Below, in pieces: positions 39,621 to 52,462 of a stretch of 64,000 bases of DNA (positions are counted from its first letter, which is position 1; every line of letters starts with the position of its first letter). This stretch comes from Eledone cirrhosa (lineage: Eukaryota): assembly GCA_964016885.1 (NCBI GenBank), contig OZ024741.1:319672001-319736000 (forward strand). The letters are read 5' to 3'. The notes beneath the pieces are model-generated. The model was not told the origin of the DNA. It did no database searches and saw only the letters and a program-made list of their open reading frames with translations. The translations under genes were made by a program, and so were the position numbers.

Positions 39621-41131
39621 CCTTGAATCTCAGTCATTGATGTTGGTTAACTGGAAAGTCCGTTGGATTGAATATCAAGCCACTACCTGCAGCCTCAGAT
39701 ATTCAGGACGTATCGGAGGGTTCTTGCCGTTCCAAGCAAGCATGCCTTTTGAAGCGTTCCAAAAAGCGTGAAGGGGCCGATTTTCTTTAACCATCCCTGG
39801 AAACCTTTGGAGATAGTCCCCAGTGCGCCTATGACAATCGGGATCACTTTGACTTCATGGCAGTTCCAAATCCTTTTCACCTCCCACTTTAGGTCCTGGT
39901 ATCGGTTAATTTTCTCCCTCTCCTTCTCTTGCACTCTCGTGTCGAACGGGCAGGCCACATCCACAATCAGGCACGATCTTTTTTCTTTGTCCACAACCAC
40001 CAGGTCAGGTCTATTGTGTTCCAGTTTTTTGTCCGTCTGTATCCTAAAATCCCACAGCACCTTCACCTGACTGTTCTCCATCACCGCCTCTGGCCTATGC
40101 TCATACCATTTCTCAGAATGTGGTAGATTGTTTACTTTGCACAGGTGCCAGTGGATCACCCTGCCCATCACATCGTGTCTCCAGCCCTTATAGTGGGTCT
40201 GGGCTAGGTGTTTACACTCGGACACAATGTGAGCCACAGTCTCCTCTCTCTCTCCACAGATCCTGCACAGTGGGCTAGCCTCCTCCTTGTAGATATGGTG
40301 CTTCAACCACTTCGTTTTGAGGGCCTGCTCCTGCGCAGCCATTAGCATTCCTTCTGTAGCCTTTTTGAGGTCTCCTCTTCTCAACCAGTTCCATGTCTGT
40401 GGATCTCTAAATTCAGTTTTCTCAAAGAAGGTACTATGAAGGGATTTTCCCTTAAGGCTGCTCTTCCTCCTTGATGTTATTTCCTCCTTGGGTATCCCCT
40501 GGCCTACTGTCCCCTCCTTCAGTACAGCTCTGAGCATTGGCTCCTTACTATAGGTCACGTATTTGTATAGGTTGTTTTTCTCCATCTGAACACAGTCCTC
40601 TATGCTGATAAGACCTCTTCCACCCTCAGATCTCCTTAGGTAGAGTCTATCGACATCACTCCTCTTGTGGAACATGTTGTAGATAGTCAATAGCTTCCTA
40701 GTCTTCCTATTCATTTCTTTTTGTTCAGCAACATTCCATCTCAGAATTCCCGCACTGTACCTAATAATAGACACAGCTCGGGAATTTACTGCGCTTATGG
40801 CATTTCTGCTGTTCAGATGTGACTTCAATACGCTCCTTACTCTCCGAATGTATTCAGTTCTTAACAATTCCTTCATTTTTTTTTTGTTCTTTATGCCATC
40901 AGCCTCCAGAACGCCCAAATACTTGTATCCTTCCTCAGAGTCAATTTCCTTTATCATCTCACCTGTTGGTATCTGGATCCCGTTACTTCTGCTCAACCTA
41001 CCCCTCCTCATCACAATGACTCCACATTTACCAATACCAAACTGCATACATATATCACTGCTGAAAATACGGACAGTGTCAACAAGCACATCCAACTCCT
41101 TCTCACTTTTCCCGAAGAGCTTAAGATCGTC

Positions 41132-41134
<3 letters not shown>
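39621..41134 (-). mobile_element. R4/Dong-clade non-LTR retrotransposon, 5'-truncated at the RT (Y)MDD; open frame 41134-39695 (~479 aa)
   Basis: MDDLKL, YKYLG, CCHC (CRICG..ETVAHIVSEC), RHD, restriction-like endonuclease RPDLVVVD..IVDVACP..K; (TAA)n on both sides. Confidence 0.92.
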
Positions 41135-41195
<61 letters not shown>

Positions 41196-42249
41196 TGAAG
41201 CATAGAGTTACCTCCCTGTATGATCTGAGTTCAAATCCCGCCGAGGTTAACTTTGCCTTTCATCCTTCCGGGGTCGATAGAATAAAGTACCAGTAATGCA
41301 TTGGGTAATTGCTGGCCTTGTGCCAAAAGTAGAAACAATTATTATTATTATTATTATTACACTCTGCTTAGTACTACACCTCTATACTTACTGGAAACTA
41401 TGCATCGTGTGCTCACTCTGGTGAACCTACAGTAACTGGATGTTACAATCCCTAATAATATATATATATATTTATATATATAGGATAAAAGAGAAAACAC
41501 AAGTAAGCATTAAAAAAAGGATTTTATCCAGGTATTTACGACCGTTTCATTGGTAAGTGCAACCTTATATTGCTATACTGCAAATAGCAGCCACTCAATA
41601 ATAATCGTTGAACACGTCCAAATTTTCAAAATACTGAATAAGTTACTCTTAAAATGTTCTTAATATATAGAAAAACATGTTTTTGGAATTGTATTTACTA
41701 TAGAGAGAGAGGAAGGGGGAGAGGAATTAGGAAGTAGATTGACAAATGGAGTAGTATATAGAGAGAGGAAGGGGTAGAAGGATTAGGAAGTAGAGTGACA
41801 AACTGAGATGGAGGGAGGGGTAGAGGTGGAAGGATTCCTCGATCAGTTTTGATTCCTATATATATATACACACATATATATATATACACACATATATATA
41901 TACACATATATATATATACACACATGCATACATATGTGTCTTTATGAATATATAATTATATAGATATATGTGCATAGATTCAAGCATGCATCCGTCCACC
42001 CATCCATTCATCCACACATGCTGAACTAGATTTTATATGGGTGATGTTTAACTTTCTTTACATACATATGATAAACCTCCACTGGCAGCAATTAAATCAC
42101 AGGTGTCTTTATTTGGCAGTAAGAACACATCAACTATATCACAATACTGTGTATGTTTTCCTCTCTCTCTCACACACATACACACACATGCATACTTGCA
42201 CACACACACACACATACACACACACATTTATATATATATCACTATCCAG

Positions 42250-42398
42250 TGAACCTTCAACCGTCAAGGTTGTTTTTCTACGGGTATGTCAACATTTATA
42301 AAACATATTTTGTATTTTGTATTTTGCCTTGGTTGCCCTTGAAATATATATAATAAAATAATTATGATTTTATAAATATAGTTTCCATTTATTAATAT

Positions 42399-42400
<2 letters not shown>
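42250..42400 (+). mobile_element. Decayed solo pseudo-LTR related to 47718-48282, hammerhead core lost
   Basis: gtatgtcaa..tataaaac..ttgtattttg..ccttgaaatatatataat..ttttataaatatagtttccatttat. Confidence 0.7.
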
Positions 42401-42471
<71 letters not shown>

Positions 42472-45166
42472 CGAAGGAAATGTGGTAAGGAACCAGGTGG
42501 ACCATAACGCACCAAAGTACTCAATACTTGCGGCAGTAGAGTGCGTAATAGGAACCAGTAAGACCCCGACGGCTGAGCTCAAGCCGTTTCGACGGCTAAT
42601 TCTGGACTGAATTAGCCGTCGAAACGGCTTGAGCTCAGCCGTCGGGGTCTTACTGGTTCCTATATATATATATATATATATATTTGAAATGAGATAGAGA
42701 GAAAAAGACACAAAAATCTCTCCATCTCATTCATATCGTATCAACCCCAAAACACCACAAACATAACGAGAGGTAGTCAATGTAGACACATTTATGATTG
42801 GGATAGTGCTGGTATTGTTGATATTACAGCATTGATCAAACGTAAAGAATAGGTGGTTGTCCCAGTAAAGAACCGTGAAATCAGTCATAGTCTCTCTCAG
42901 TCTCTTCTCACTCTCTCTGTCCCCTTCGTGCTCTCTATACCCTCTACCTTCTTTTCTCCCTCCCCCAAATGTTTGTTCTCAGTAGATAATATCACAGACA
43001 GGGTTGGGGTAAGAAATATGCATGTGTTGGATGCACACACAGAATTTGCGTTTAATATAACATACACATGTTGTTTATTTCTTGAAAGATGAACATGTTC
43101 AGGAAGATTTTTGATGTGGAGTTTTGGGTTATTGATTTATTAGGATTGATCAAACAGAGCAATGACAGGTTATCTATCGAATTTTTTTAGTGTGATACAC
43201 AATCTTTTGTTCTAGATAGATCCATGCCTATATCGTGTATTCTGCAATCTGATATGTAGGGTTTTATTGTAAGGGCTGCAGTTTGTCACTGGGGATGCAT
43301 TGCTCTCTTTCCATTTTTCAGTATATCTATTATTGTTGTTGTCACAAGTCACAAGTTGGCCTTTGTTAAGTAGACATATAATCATATATATTCACCTTTG
43401 ACCATCCTGTCCTTTTAAGTGTATCTAGCACTACATTATAAAATGTCTTTCATTCTTTTTAAGACTAACTAATTTGAGGGAAATTTGGCAGCGATTTTTG
43501 GTAGGTCCATCCATTCCATAAAGGCTACCTTAATGAGTTGCATCATTTATTGTTGTTGTTTAGTCTCAGATATTAACTCTAATCGAAGTGACTTATTGTA
43601 CGGACATAGTCTGTGAAACAGATAGGTGTGACCTCCAGTACACTGTTCAATACATTAATTATTAGTGGTGGACTCAATTGTAATACAACTGTTACTACTC
43701 CTCTAAACGTATTATTGTTGAAAAAAAAAGCAAAAAACAAAACAAAAACACGTTGGATAGTGCAGTCTCGTATGCACTTTAAATAGGATATTCACAATTT
43801 CATTGTTTGACTATATCTTTTTTAAACAGGGCTGACTTGACAATAAACACTAAAAAACTGCAAGATACTCACACACATATATATATATATAGAAGAAAGC
43901 ATGCATACATATACATGTACTCATTCATGTCAACATCTATATATATATGAAATATCTTACAGAAACAAGCAGTGCTCCATTCATTAGTTAACTGCCATTC
44001 TATTATCATATATGACAAACAGACATATAATTCTCATTTTTATAGACTCTCTTGGCTAACATGATTTTGTTTTTACAAAATAATGTACCAATTGTCATAA
44101 TTACTCTAAATGAATGATTAGCCTAGTGAGTAACCTTTTCCTTGCAATGTCTATTACATTGATTGGAAGCATACAGTGTTTATATTTTTGTAACTGCAAA
44201 CATAACTGGAGTCACTAGGGTGCTAACCTTTGGTCCTCAACCTGGAACACACATACATTTACTTTTATATGTTAAGAGAGGGTAAGGGTACTTACATCTT
44301 AAAGATGATGCCTGTCATTCAGTCACCTGTGAATACAACTTTGGTCAAGAGGTGTTTATGAAATCAGACAGTATTCATCAATCATTAGTTGTTTCGACCA
44401 TCAACCCTAATAGGATGTCGCCAGGATCTTACATAACCAGGCCATTGAAATATATATAGTGTTTTTTGTAACAAAAAAACTTTAAAGGAACATCACCAGT
44501 CCAACCTCTTGTTATTTTGATCAAACCACAACAAAAACACAAATCCTTCATCTCAATTTTACTTTTGAAACTCATAAGAACTCTGAAACCGGTAAAGTAA
44601 ATAAATATTCTTAAAAGACACTAGTTGCATTTTCAATTTCTTTTCCTTATATTTTTACCCGTGTAAGGCATCTAAAAAAAAAACCTTACATTCTTATATA
44701 TACTAACAGAAAACCACCCTTCGGGTGGTTTTCTGCTAGCATGTGTAGTGTGTATATTGATATTATACGCAAGTATATACGCATGTAGATATGATACATC
44801 AAATAAAATCGTAATTGACAATATACACAGAAACTGAACGAAGACTGTGTTACACTGTCTTATGTAATCTGTAACGTAATCCATAATACATTAAAAAAAA
44901 CGATATTATATATATTAGGAGAAAATTAGTGATGGAAATATATGAATATTTATTTAAGCGATCGCTAACCGGAAGTGTTGACATTTGAAAATTTTAAAGA
45001 AGTGAAACTTAAAATAAACAATAAAATATATTTAATCAACAGCCACAAAATTTTGTAGATAAATTATGTAATATTCATTCATTATTTATTCAAAGTAATC
45101 CAACTTATTTTACTAATGGGATAACAAATTATAAACTGTACACAGTCCCGCACTCCTTACTTCATT

Positions 45167-45218
<52 letters not shown>

Positions 45219-46769
45219 TGCCACAACAACGAGCACCCAGTCCACATTGTAAAGTTGTTGTGTAGGTGTCATGAGAAAAAGACCTTAGTACACACCGTAA
45301 ATGTGGTTAGCATTAGGAAGGACATCCAGCTGTAGAAACTAAGCTAAAATCAGTTCTGTATGAGCAAAATATGGTCCTCTGACATCGCTTGTCTCATAAC
45401 AGGACAGCTCGTCTAACCCATGCCAGTGTGAAAAATGGATGTTACGCAATGATGATGATATATACACTTGTAGTGTCTGAATACGACACAACTGCTGAAA
45501 CTTAAAATTACAGTCAAACTTCATATATAATAAATTTGATTCCATTACCAGCATTAATATTTATATGCATTTGTGTTCAGATGCATACACACACATGCAC
45601 ACACATATATACATATAAACATACACAAATACATTCATGCATACATGATACATGTGTGTGTATATATATATATGTATACACACACACACACACACATACT
45701 GATGAGTTGTTATCATATATACTTGATACAACTGGATAGTGGCGTTTTCATTTTTGTTGATAGCTATGTCATTATACCGCAAGGCATGTTGGCAAAACTG
45801 GAAGCACAAAATATTAAATAGCTATATGAACATTATAATAGACTGTCAAAACTTAATAGAATTGCTTTTGGAATATACAAAAAAATAATATGAACGGAGC
45901 TTGAGGTTACATGTGACCTTTATTTAGCTTGTATTTATGAAACTATTTCTCATTTGTGAATAATTTTGCATAATAAGTGATTGGAAGTTGAAAAATGAAC
46001 GAGCACATACACAGGCACCCTCTCATACACACACACACACACACATATGTACATACATACTTATATGTATATATATCTGTGTGCATGTATGTGCACATAT
46101 ATATATATAATATATATCATCATCATCATCGTTTAACATCTATCTTCCATGCTAGCATGGGTTAGAGGAGAATTGTTTCACTTGAGACAAGATTGATAGG
46201 GTGACTGTGTCTCGCTCATATAGGACTGTATTTGGCAGGTTTTCTACGGATCGATGCCCTTCCTAACATCAACCACATTTACAGTGTGGACTGGGAGCCT
46301 TTGTACAGTGTCTCCTACACGACCACTTTACAGCATGGACTGGCTGTTTTTTTTGTCATGACACCTACACGACGTCTTTAGTTTGGACTGGATGTTGTGG
46401 TACCAACATTACTTTACAGAGAAAGGGTGGTGTTGGTGGGAGGATGGCGTAGGAGTAGTGGGTTGAAGTGTATATTTGGTTAAGAGGTGCCTACTGACTC
46501 TAAGTTAACTTTGTAAGTATGGAAGGCATATATATATATTGTTATTTAACCTGATTCTATTCTCGTTATTGTGGTGGCTTCTGTGGCTTTGTCCCCTTAA
46601 CCACAGATTTCAATTTGTCATGCCATTTAACGTATGTTTATTTCTCTAAGATGTAACTTATTGATTTATTGATATCTTCTTATTGAGTGCTTCGTGCAAA
46701 GCTTCTGAATATTGTCTCCTTGTGGATGCTGGCTGAGCACCGCGACTTTGATTTTACTCACTTCCACTG

Positions 46770-46812
<43 letters not shown>

Positions 46813-47218
46813 AAGGAAAAGCGAAGTAGTTTCAGATGTTCAAGTCCTTTAATAATAATGCTGTGATATATATTTCAATGGCGACAGTGGCCACACTGTT
46901 CAATGCGCCAGTGCCGCGACCACATCGTCAGACAGCTTGTTACATAATAAGGTTATGTTTCCGAGGCAATCCAAATTGAATCGACATGGGAACGGACGAA
47001 GTGTGTGCTCTTGGGTTCTTCATCCGTTCCCTTGTCGCAGCACTGGCGCACGGAACAGTGTGGCCACTGTCGCCATTGAAATATATATCACACCATTATT
47101 ATTAAAGGACTTGAACATCTGAAACTACTTCGCTTTTCCTTATTCGATATTTACTCTGTAACTCCTATGTGGAATAAGTACGTTGAGTGCTTGAATTGAA
47201 TTGCATCAATGTTTACCC

Positions 47219-47303
<85 letters not shown>

Positions 47304-48173
47304 CATAGGGATATATGTATATATTTAGACATAGTCACAAATACATATATGAGTGTGGCTACCTTTCACTTTGTGGCTCAATGAAAAATTTAATTAAGCA
47401 AATAATTATTAATCGGAGCTATATATAAAATTGCAAGTGTGAAGAATTATTAGATAAAATATATACAGTCTTTCCTCTCCCTAGTCCGTGGAAATTAACC
47501 ACATAAATAATAATTTAAATGAGGCTATAAGTTTAAAATGTAACTATGAAGAAATAATAGACAAATGATACACACTATTTTCCGCGAGGGACAGCCAGAT
47601 AAAATTTATCTAGTCATTCCTTTTAGCCCGTAGAAATTGACTAGACAAATAATCAGCTAAACTGAGTTAGGTCTAAAATATAAGTTACAAGAAAAAATGC
47701 ATATAAACTTTACCAAAATGCCTCGCCTATGTCTGGTTACTTTTCATTTTTCTCTCTATATAACAGCTGGTTTCTCTCCTAACCACATATATCTCCCTTA
47801 CATTAATACTAGAGCTAAATATATAAATAAATAAATAAATGTATCATTGATACGTTTATTCAACGGATGTCCAACTACCCACTTTTCTCTATATATATCT
47901 ATCTCTATCTACTTCCTCTCTCTATATATATCTCTCTCTGTTTCTTTACATGAAGTTCTTCTCTTTATCTATCTTTCCATCTCTCTATTTTGTTACATGC
48001 ATTTCTTCTTTTTCTTCTTTTTCTTCGTTTTCTTTCTTTCTTTTCTTTCTTTCCTTCTTTCTCTCTTTTTTCTTTCTGTTTACAATTTTTTTCACTGCCA
48101 AATCAACTTTTCAAATACAAGTCGATGTTGAACGGTATGTCAAATCTATTTATCTATAAAACTGTCTATATTG

Positions 48174-48239
48174 TATTTTGTCTGAGGAAGGCATAGCATA
48201 TTGTTAATATGATATCCCTGAAATATATATAATGAAATA
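48174..48239 (+). ncRNA. Type I hammerhead in the 5' pseudo-LTR
   Basis: tattttgt CTGAGGA agg..catatt-gtt-aatatg..cct GAAA tatata TA atgaaata. Confidence 0.8.
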
Positions 48240-48417
48240 AATATGGTTTTATAAATATAGTTTCCATTTATTTAATATCGTAAATATACTCCAAATACTT
48301 GTTGAGTGCTTTTATATCAGTTATAAATATTTACTAGTTGTAACCCAACAATTTAAATATAACTTTCCATGTATCTTGCTCCAATACTGTTGAGCGCTTT
48401 ATATTATAACTGAAAAA

Positions 48418-50628
48418 ATGGAATTCTGTAAGATTACTTCCTCTTTAAAAGACATACCTCTACCTAGAAACAAAGACTTTATAAAACAATTAATAGATAA
48501 ATCTGACTCTTTTATAAGGAGAATCAGGTGGCGAGCATTCCACTTTGATAAATCTAATATAAATGAAAATGTCTCGGACTTAAACAAAGTTTTCAAATCT
48601 AAAAGAAATCCACCCCCTAACAAACTTTTATCTGACTTTGAAAACGATATAATTTCTATCATACAAGGGGTCAAATTCAAGAGAAACTTCAAAGGCCGGG
48701 AATATCTGAAAGGCATTAAGGATAATATTGAGAGCTTAGAGAAAACTGAGAAGATCTTGGTGAAATCTGACAAGACCAACAACCTCTATGGAGTGCAGAA
48801 AGACATGTATAATGGCCTCATACTGAAGGAACTGAGGAAAAAGTACAAGGTAGCAGATAAGGCCGAGCTTGAGAAAATGAATGTCGAAGCATCTTGTATA
48901 ATGCACGAGTTGGAAATTGAGAACAGAACACAACCTTTCGTGCCCAGGAAATCGAAGATCAATATGAAAGATCATAAAAGGAATTTTGAAAATGACTTGC
49001 CTGTTAGATTGATCGCACCATCAAAATCGGACCTGGGCAAATTAAGCAAAAACATTCTTGACAGGGTGATACAGCAAATTAAGAACTTGGATTGTTTACC
49101 TAACCTGAGCTTGTGGAAGGGAACTGGAGAGGTTGTTGAGTGGTTTAAGCAAATTAAATATAACAATAATAATAAGTTTATTCAACTTGATATTGCTAAC
49201 TATTATTCTTCTATTACCCCTAATCTACTAAATAAGGCACTAAATTACGCATTCAAACATACAGACCTAACTAGCAATGAAATGCACATTATATTATCGG
49301 CTAGGAAAACATTGATAGAATTTAATGACCAACTATGGACCAGAGCAGATAGAGATAGCAATTTTGACATTACTATGGGATCATCCGACTCAGCTCAGGT
49401 AACTGACCTTGTGGGCTTATTTTTAATCAATTCGCTACATAGGAAAATACCTGGTACTACCGGAGGTTTATATAGAGATGACATGCTTTTACTTATTAAT
49501 AATAATAACTCTGAACTAAATAGAAAAAGTAAACAAATTACACAATTTTTTAATTACTTTAATCTTAAAATAGAAATTGAGAACAACCATAGAATAGTCA
49601 ATTTCCTAGATATAACATTAAATCTCAACACATGTCTTCACTATCCTTTTCACAAGTTGAATGAAAACTTAAACTATGTCAGCTTTAACTCTAACCACCC
49701 CAGATCTGTCAAAAACACTATAGTAAACTCTGTTCAAAAACGTATCTCTAGAATCTCGTCTAATAGAAAGATTTTCGACGAAAAAGCCCAGTACTACAAT
49801 GAAGCGTTAGCTAGAGCAGGATATAGTGATAAGATTATGTACATAGATAATGATAGACAAACTAAACAAAATAACTATTTTAATTACGGCAACAACCTTA
49901 ACAACTATAATAGAAGGCATTACAATAATTCCAAGGGCCAAAAAAGAAATAGAACTAGGAACATAATTTGGTTTGCCCCCCCTTTCTCACTAAACATTAA
50001 AACCCACATCGCTAAACTATTTTTTAAAGCTCTTGATAATCGCTTCCCTAGAACACATAGGTATCACTCAATTTTCAATAGACATACTATAAAATTAACC
50101 TACTCATCCACCAAAAATTTAGCACAAAATATTAATAGAATAAATAATAGGATCTTAAAACCTAGTGGTAATAGCATAAATAATGTACAAGATAACAAAT
50201 GTAACTGTAGAGATAGATCTAAATGTCCGTTAAATAACAACTGCTTAGTTAAAAATATAGTATACAATTGTAATGTTAAAACTGACTCTAATTCTTTTAA
50301 CTACGTCGGTTCCACATCGACGGAATTTAAACTTCGCTATAATAACCACAAGAATTCTTTCACAGATCCAAGCAAAAAATCTTCAACAGCACTATCAGGC
50401 GTACTCTGGCAACTTAAGCTAGATAACGTTAGATATTCGACGGCTTGGAATATAGTCTCAAGAGGGATTCCTTTTAATTCATCCTCTGAGACATGTGACC
50501 TCTGCGCAGAGGAGATATTCTTTATACTAAAATCTAAAAATTCCCTTAATCTACGGACAAATTTATTCAGTTGCTGCAAACATAGATTAAACTCAACTTT
50601 TAAATATAAATTTAAATTTAAAATGTAG
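48418..50628 (+). CDS. Penelope-like RT + C-terminal GIY-YIG endonuclease, 736 aa, uninterrupted
   Basis: KSDKTNN, FIQLDIANYYSSI, ITMGSSDSA, LYRDDML, NFLDITL, SNHP; CNC..CP...C linker; IVY..YVGST..FKLRYNNH; CDLCAEE..LN. Confidence 0.95.
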   Translation: MEFCKITSSLKDIPLPRNKDFIKQLIDKSDSFIRRIRWRAFHFDKSNINENVSDLNKVFKSKRNPPPNKLLSDFENDIISIIQGVKFKRNFKGREYLKGIKDNIESLEKTEKILVKSDKTNNLYGVQKDMYNGLILKELRKKYKVADKAELEKMNVEASCIMHELEIENRTQPFVPRKSKINMKDHKRNFENDLPVRLIAPSKSDLGKLSKNILDRVIQQIKNLDCLPNLSLWKGTGEVVEWFKQIKYNNNNKFIQLDIANYYSSITPNLLNKALNYAFKHTDLTSNEMHIILSARKTLIEFNDQLWTRADRDSNFDITMGSSDSAQVTDLVGLFLINSLHRKIPGTTGGLYRDDMLLLINNNNSELNRKSKQITQFFNYFNLKIEIENNHRIVNFLDITLNLNTCLHYPFHKLNENLNYVSFNSNHPRSVKNTIVNSVQKRISRISSNRKIFDEKAQYYNEALARAGYSDKIMYIDNDRQTKQNNYFNYGNNLNNYNRRHYNNSKGQKRNRTRNIIWFAPPFSLNIKTHIAKLFFKALDNRFPRTHRYHSIFNRHTIKLTYSSTKNLAQNINRINNRILKPSGNSINNVQDNKCNCRDRSKCPLNNNCLVKNIVYNCNVKTDSNSFNYVGSTSTEFKLRYNNHKNSFTDPSKKSSTALSGVLWQLKLDNVRYSTAWNIVSRGIPFNSSSETCDLCAEEIFFILKSKNSLNLRTNLFSCCKHRLNSTFKYKFKFKM

Positions 50629-51948
50629 TATATTTAGTTTGATTTATAATTATTTGGGAAACTAGCCGATAAATCTTTCGTTTTCTTCTTTTTATTCTTC
50701 TTTTTATTTTTATTTATTTTTATTTTTATTTAAACATTCTTCATGAAAAATTAAACTACCCTAAAAGTTGATGCTCCAAATATTTCGAATAAACGTTACA
50801 CTAGATAAACTTCTATATTAAATATAAGAACACATGTAGACCAAATGGGCATCCTAAACTTTTTGAAATGTTTTTTGCTAGACGCGATTTGATAAATAAT
50901 TTTTAGCTTTATCTGTTTTCGACTCTGATGCTTATAATGAACTTGGCAATATATTGTCAATTAATTTCGAAGGGTTGATCTTTGTGGTTTATTTTTATTA
51001 TTGTAGTATTTTCTAATATTTTTATTTTTAATATGTAATATTTTTTCGTAATATTTTTTAGTTTTCTATTTTATTATTATTTATTATTATTATTGTTATT
51101 ATTTTTTTGTTTCTGATATTTTTATTAATATATTGAAATCTGTTCTCTATTTCTGCTTGATAGATAATCATGTGGAGTAAAGACAAGAATAGTATTGTTA
51201 AAATTAATATAGACTCTATATATATGTGTATATATATACACATATATGTATACTTAAATTTTTATAGCACATTGAGAATGTTCTCCATGGAAAATTGTGA
51301 TTTGCAGAGTTGTTCACGTAAATTCACATCGATGTTTGTAGTTATCATATAAACATATGAATTTTTAAAACTAAACATAAGATCATTACTTTTCACACAT
51401 TATGGATACGTGTCTCATTCAGGAATACTGATATTTACATTATAGTGCCTGGTTTTTATACATACTAATACTTCTACATTAAAACATAGGGTTTTTATGC
51501 CTCGCCTATGTCTGGTTACTTTTCATTTTTCTCTCTATATAACAGCTGGTTTCTCTCCTAACCACATATATCTCCCTTACATTAATACTAGAGCTAAATA
51601 TATAAATAAATAAATGTATCATTGATACGTTTATTCAACGGATGTCCAACTACCCACTTTTCTCTATATATATCTATCTCTATCTACTTCCTCTCTCTAT
51701 ATATATCTCTCTCTGTTTCTTTACATGAAGTTCTTCTCTTTATCTATCTTTCCATCTCTCTATTTTGTTACATGCATTTCTTCTTTTTCTTCTTTTTCTT
51801 CGTTTTCTTTCTTTCTTTTCTTTCTTTCCTTCTTTCTCTCTTTTTTCTTTCTGTTTACAATTTCTTTCACTGCCAAATCAACTTTTCAAATACAAGTCGA
51901 TGTTGAACGGTATGTCAAATCTATTTATCTATAAAACTGTCTATATTG

Positions 51949-52014
51949 TATTTTGTCTGAGGAAGGCATAGCATATTGTTAATATGATATCCCTGAAATA
52001 TATATAATGAAATA
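51949..52014 (+). ncRNA. Type I hammerhead in the 3' pseudo-LTR
   Basis: Identical to 48174-48239. Confidence 0.8.
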
Positions 52015-52217
52015 AATATGGTTTTATAAATATAGTTTCCATTTATTTAATATCGTATATATATATATATATATATTGTTATACTTTGGGAGGGTCATGT
52101 TGCCAATAAGAAACACACGCACCAGTTGCTTTCACTTCAGTTTATTATAATAAATTTATAAATTTATAAATTTCTGGTTGGTTGGTTGGTTCCACAACCA
52201 GATAGTTGTTTATATAT

Positions 52218-52262
52218 AGTCATAGTTCTTTCGTCACACACTCTGTGACCTCTTCAGTGACT
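52218..52262 (-). ncRNA. Minimal hammerhead in the Naiad-like pLTR; further copies at 56278-56322 (-) and 56999-57043 (+)
   Basis: agtca CTGAAGA g gtcaca..tgtgac GAAA g(a/g)ac TA tgact. Confidence 0.72.
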
Positions 52263-52462
52263 GGGGATTCCTTTCTTTGTTTCTGTGCCTCTCCTTTGTT
52301 CTGTCCTACGCCATTTTGTTTCTGTGTGTGTGTTGTGTGCTCAGTCTGCGCATGCGCCACATCCGGGTGTCTGTGTGTGTTTATGTTCATTTATTTATTT
52401 GTTTATTTACATGTTACTGGTTGGTTGTTTGTTCTATGTGTGTGTGTGTTTTCATTTTGTCC

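Larger units (their letters stand above)
47718..52057 (+). mobile_element. Apparently intact Penelope-like retroelement (YRDD type, possibly Hydra clade) with direct pseudo-LTRs 47718-48282 and 51497-52057
   Basis: ~560-bp near-identical direct repeats, single ORF, hammerhead in each repeat, 3' end in (TA)n. Confidence 0.92.

Noticed and set aside
41135-41203. Poly-Ile N-terminus of the 502-aa ORF
   Set aside because: It is the flanking (TAA)n target read as ATA codons
47718-52057. LTR retrotransposon or retrovirus
   Set aside because: No TG..CA ends, PBS, gag, protease or integrase; RT + GIY-YIG with hammerhead repeats defines a Penelope-like element
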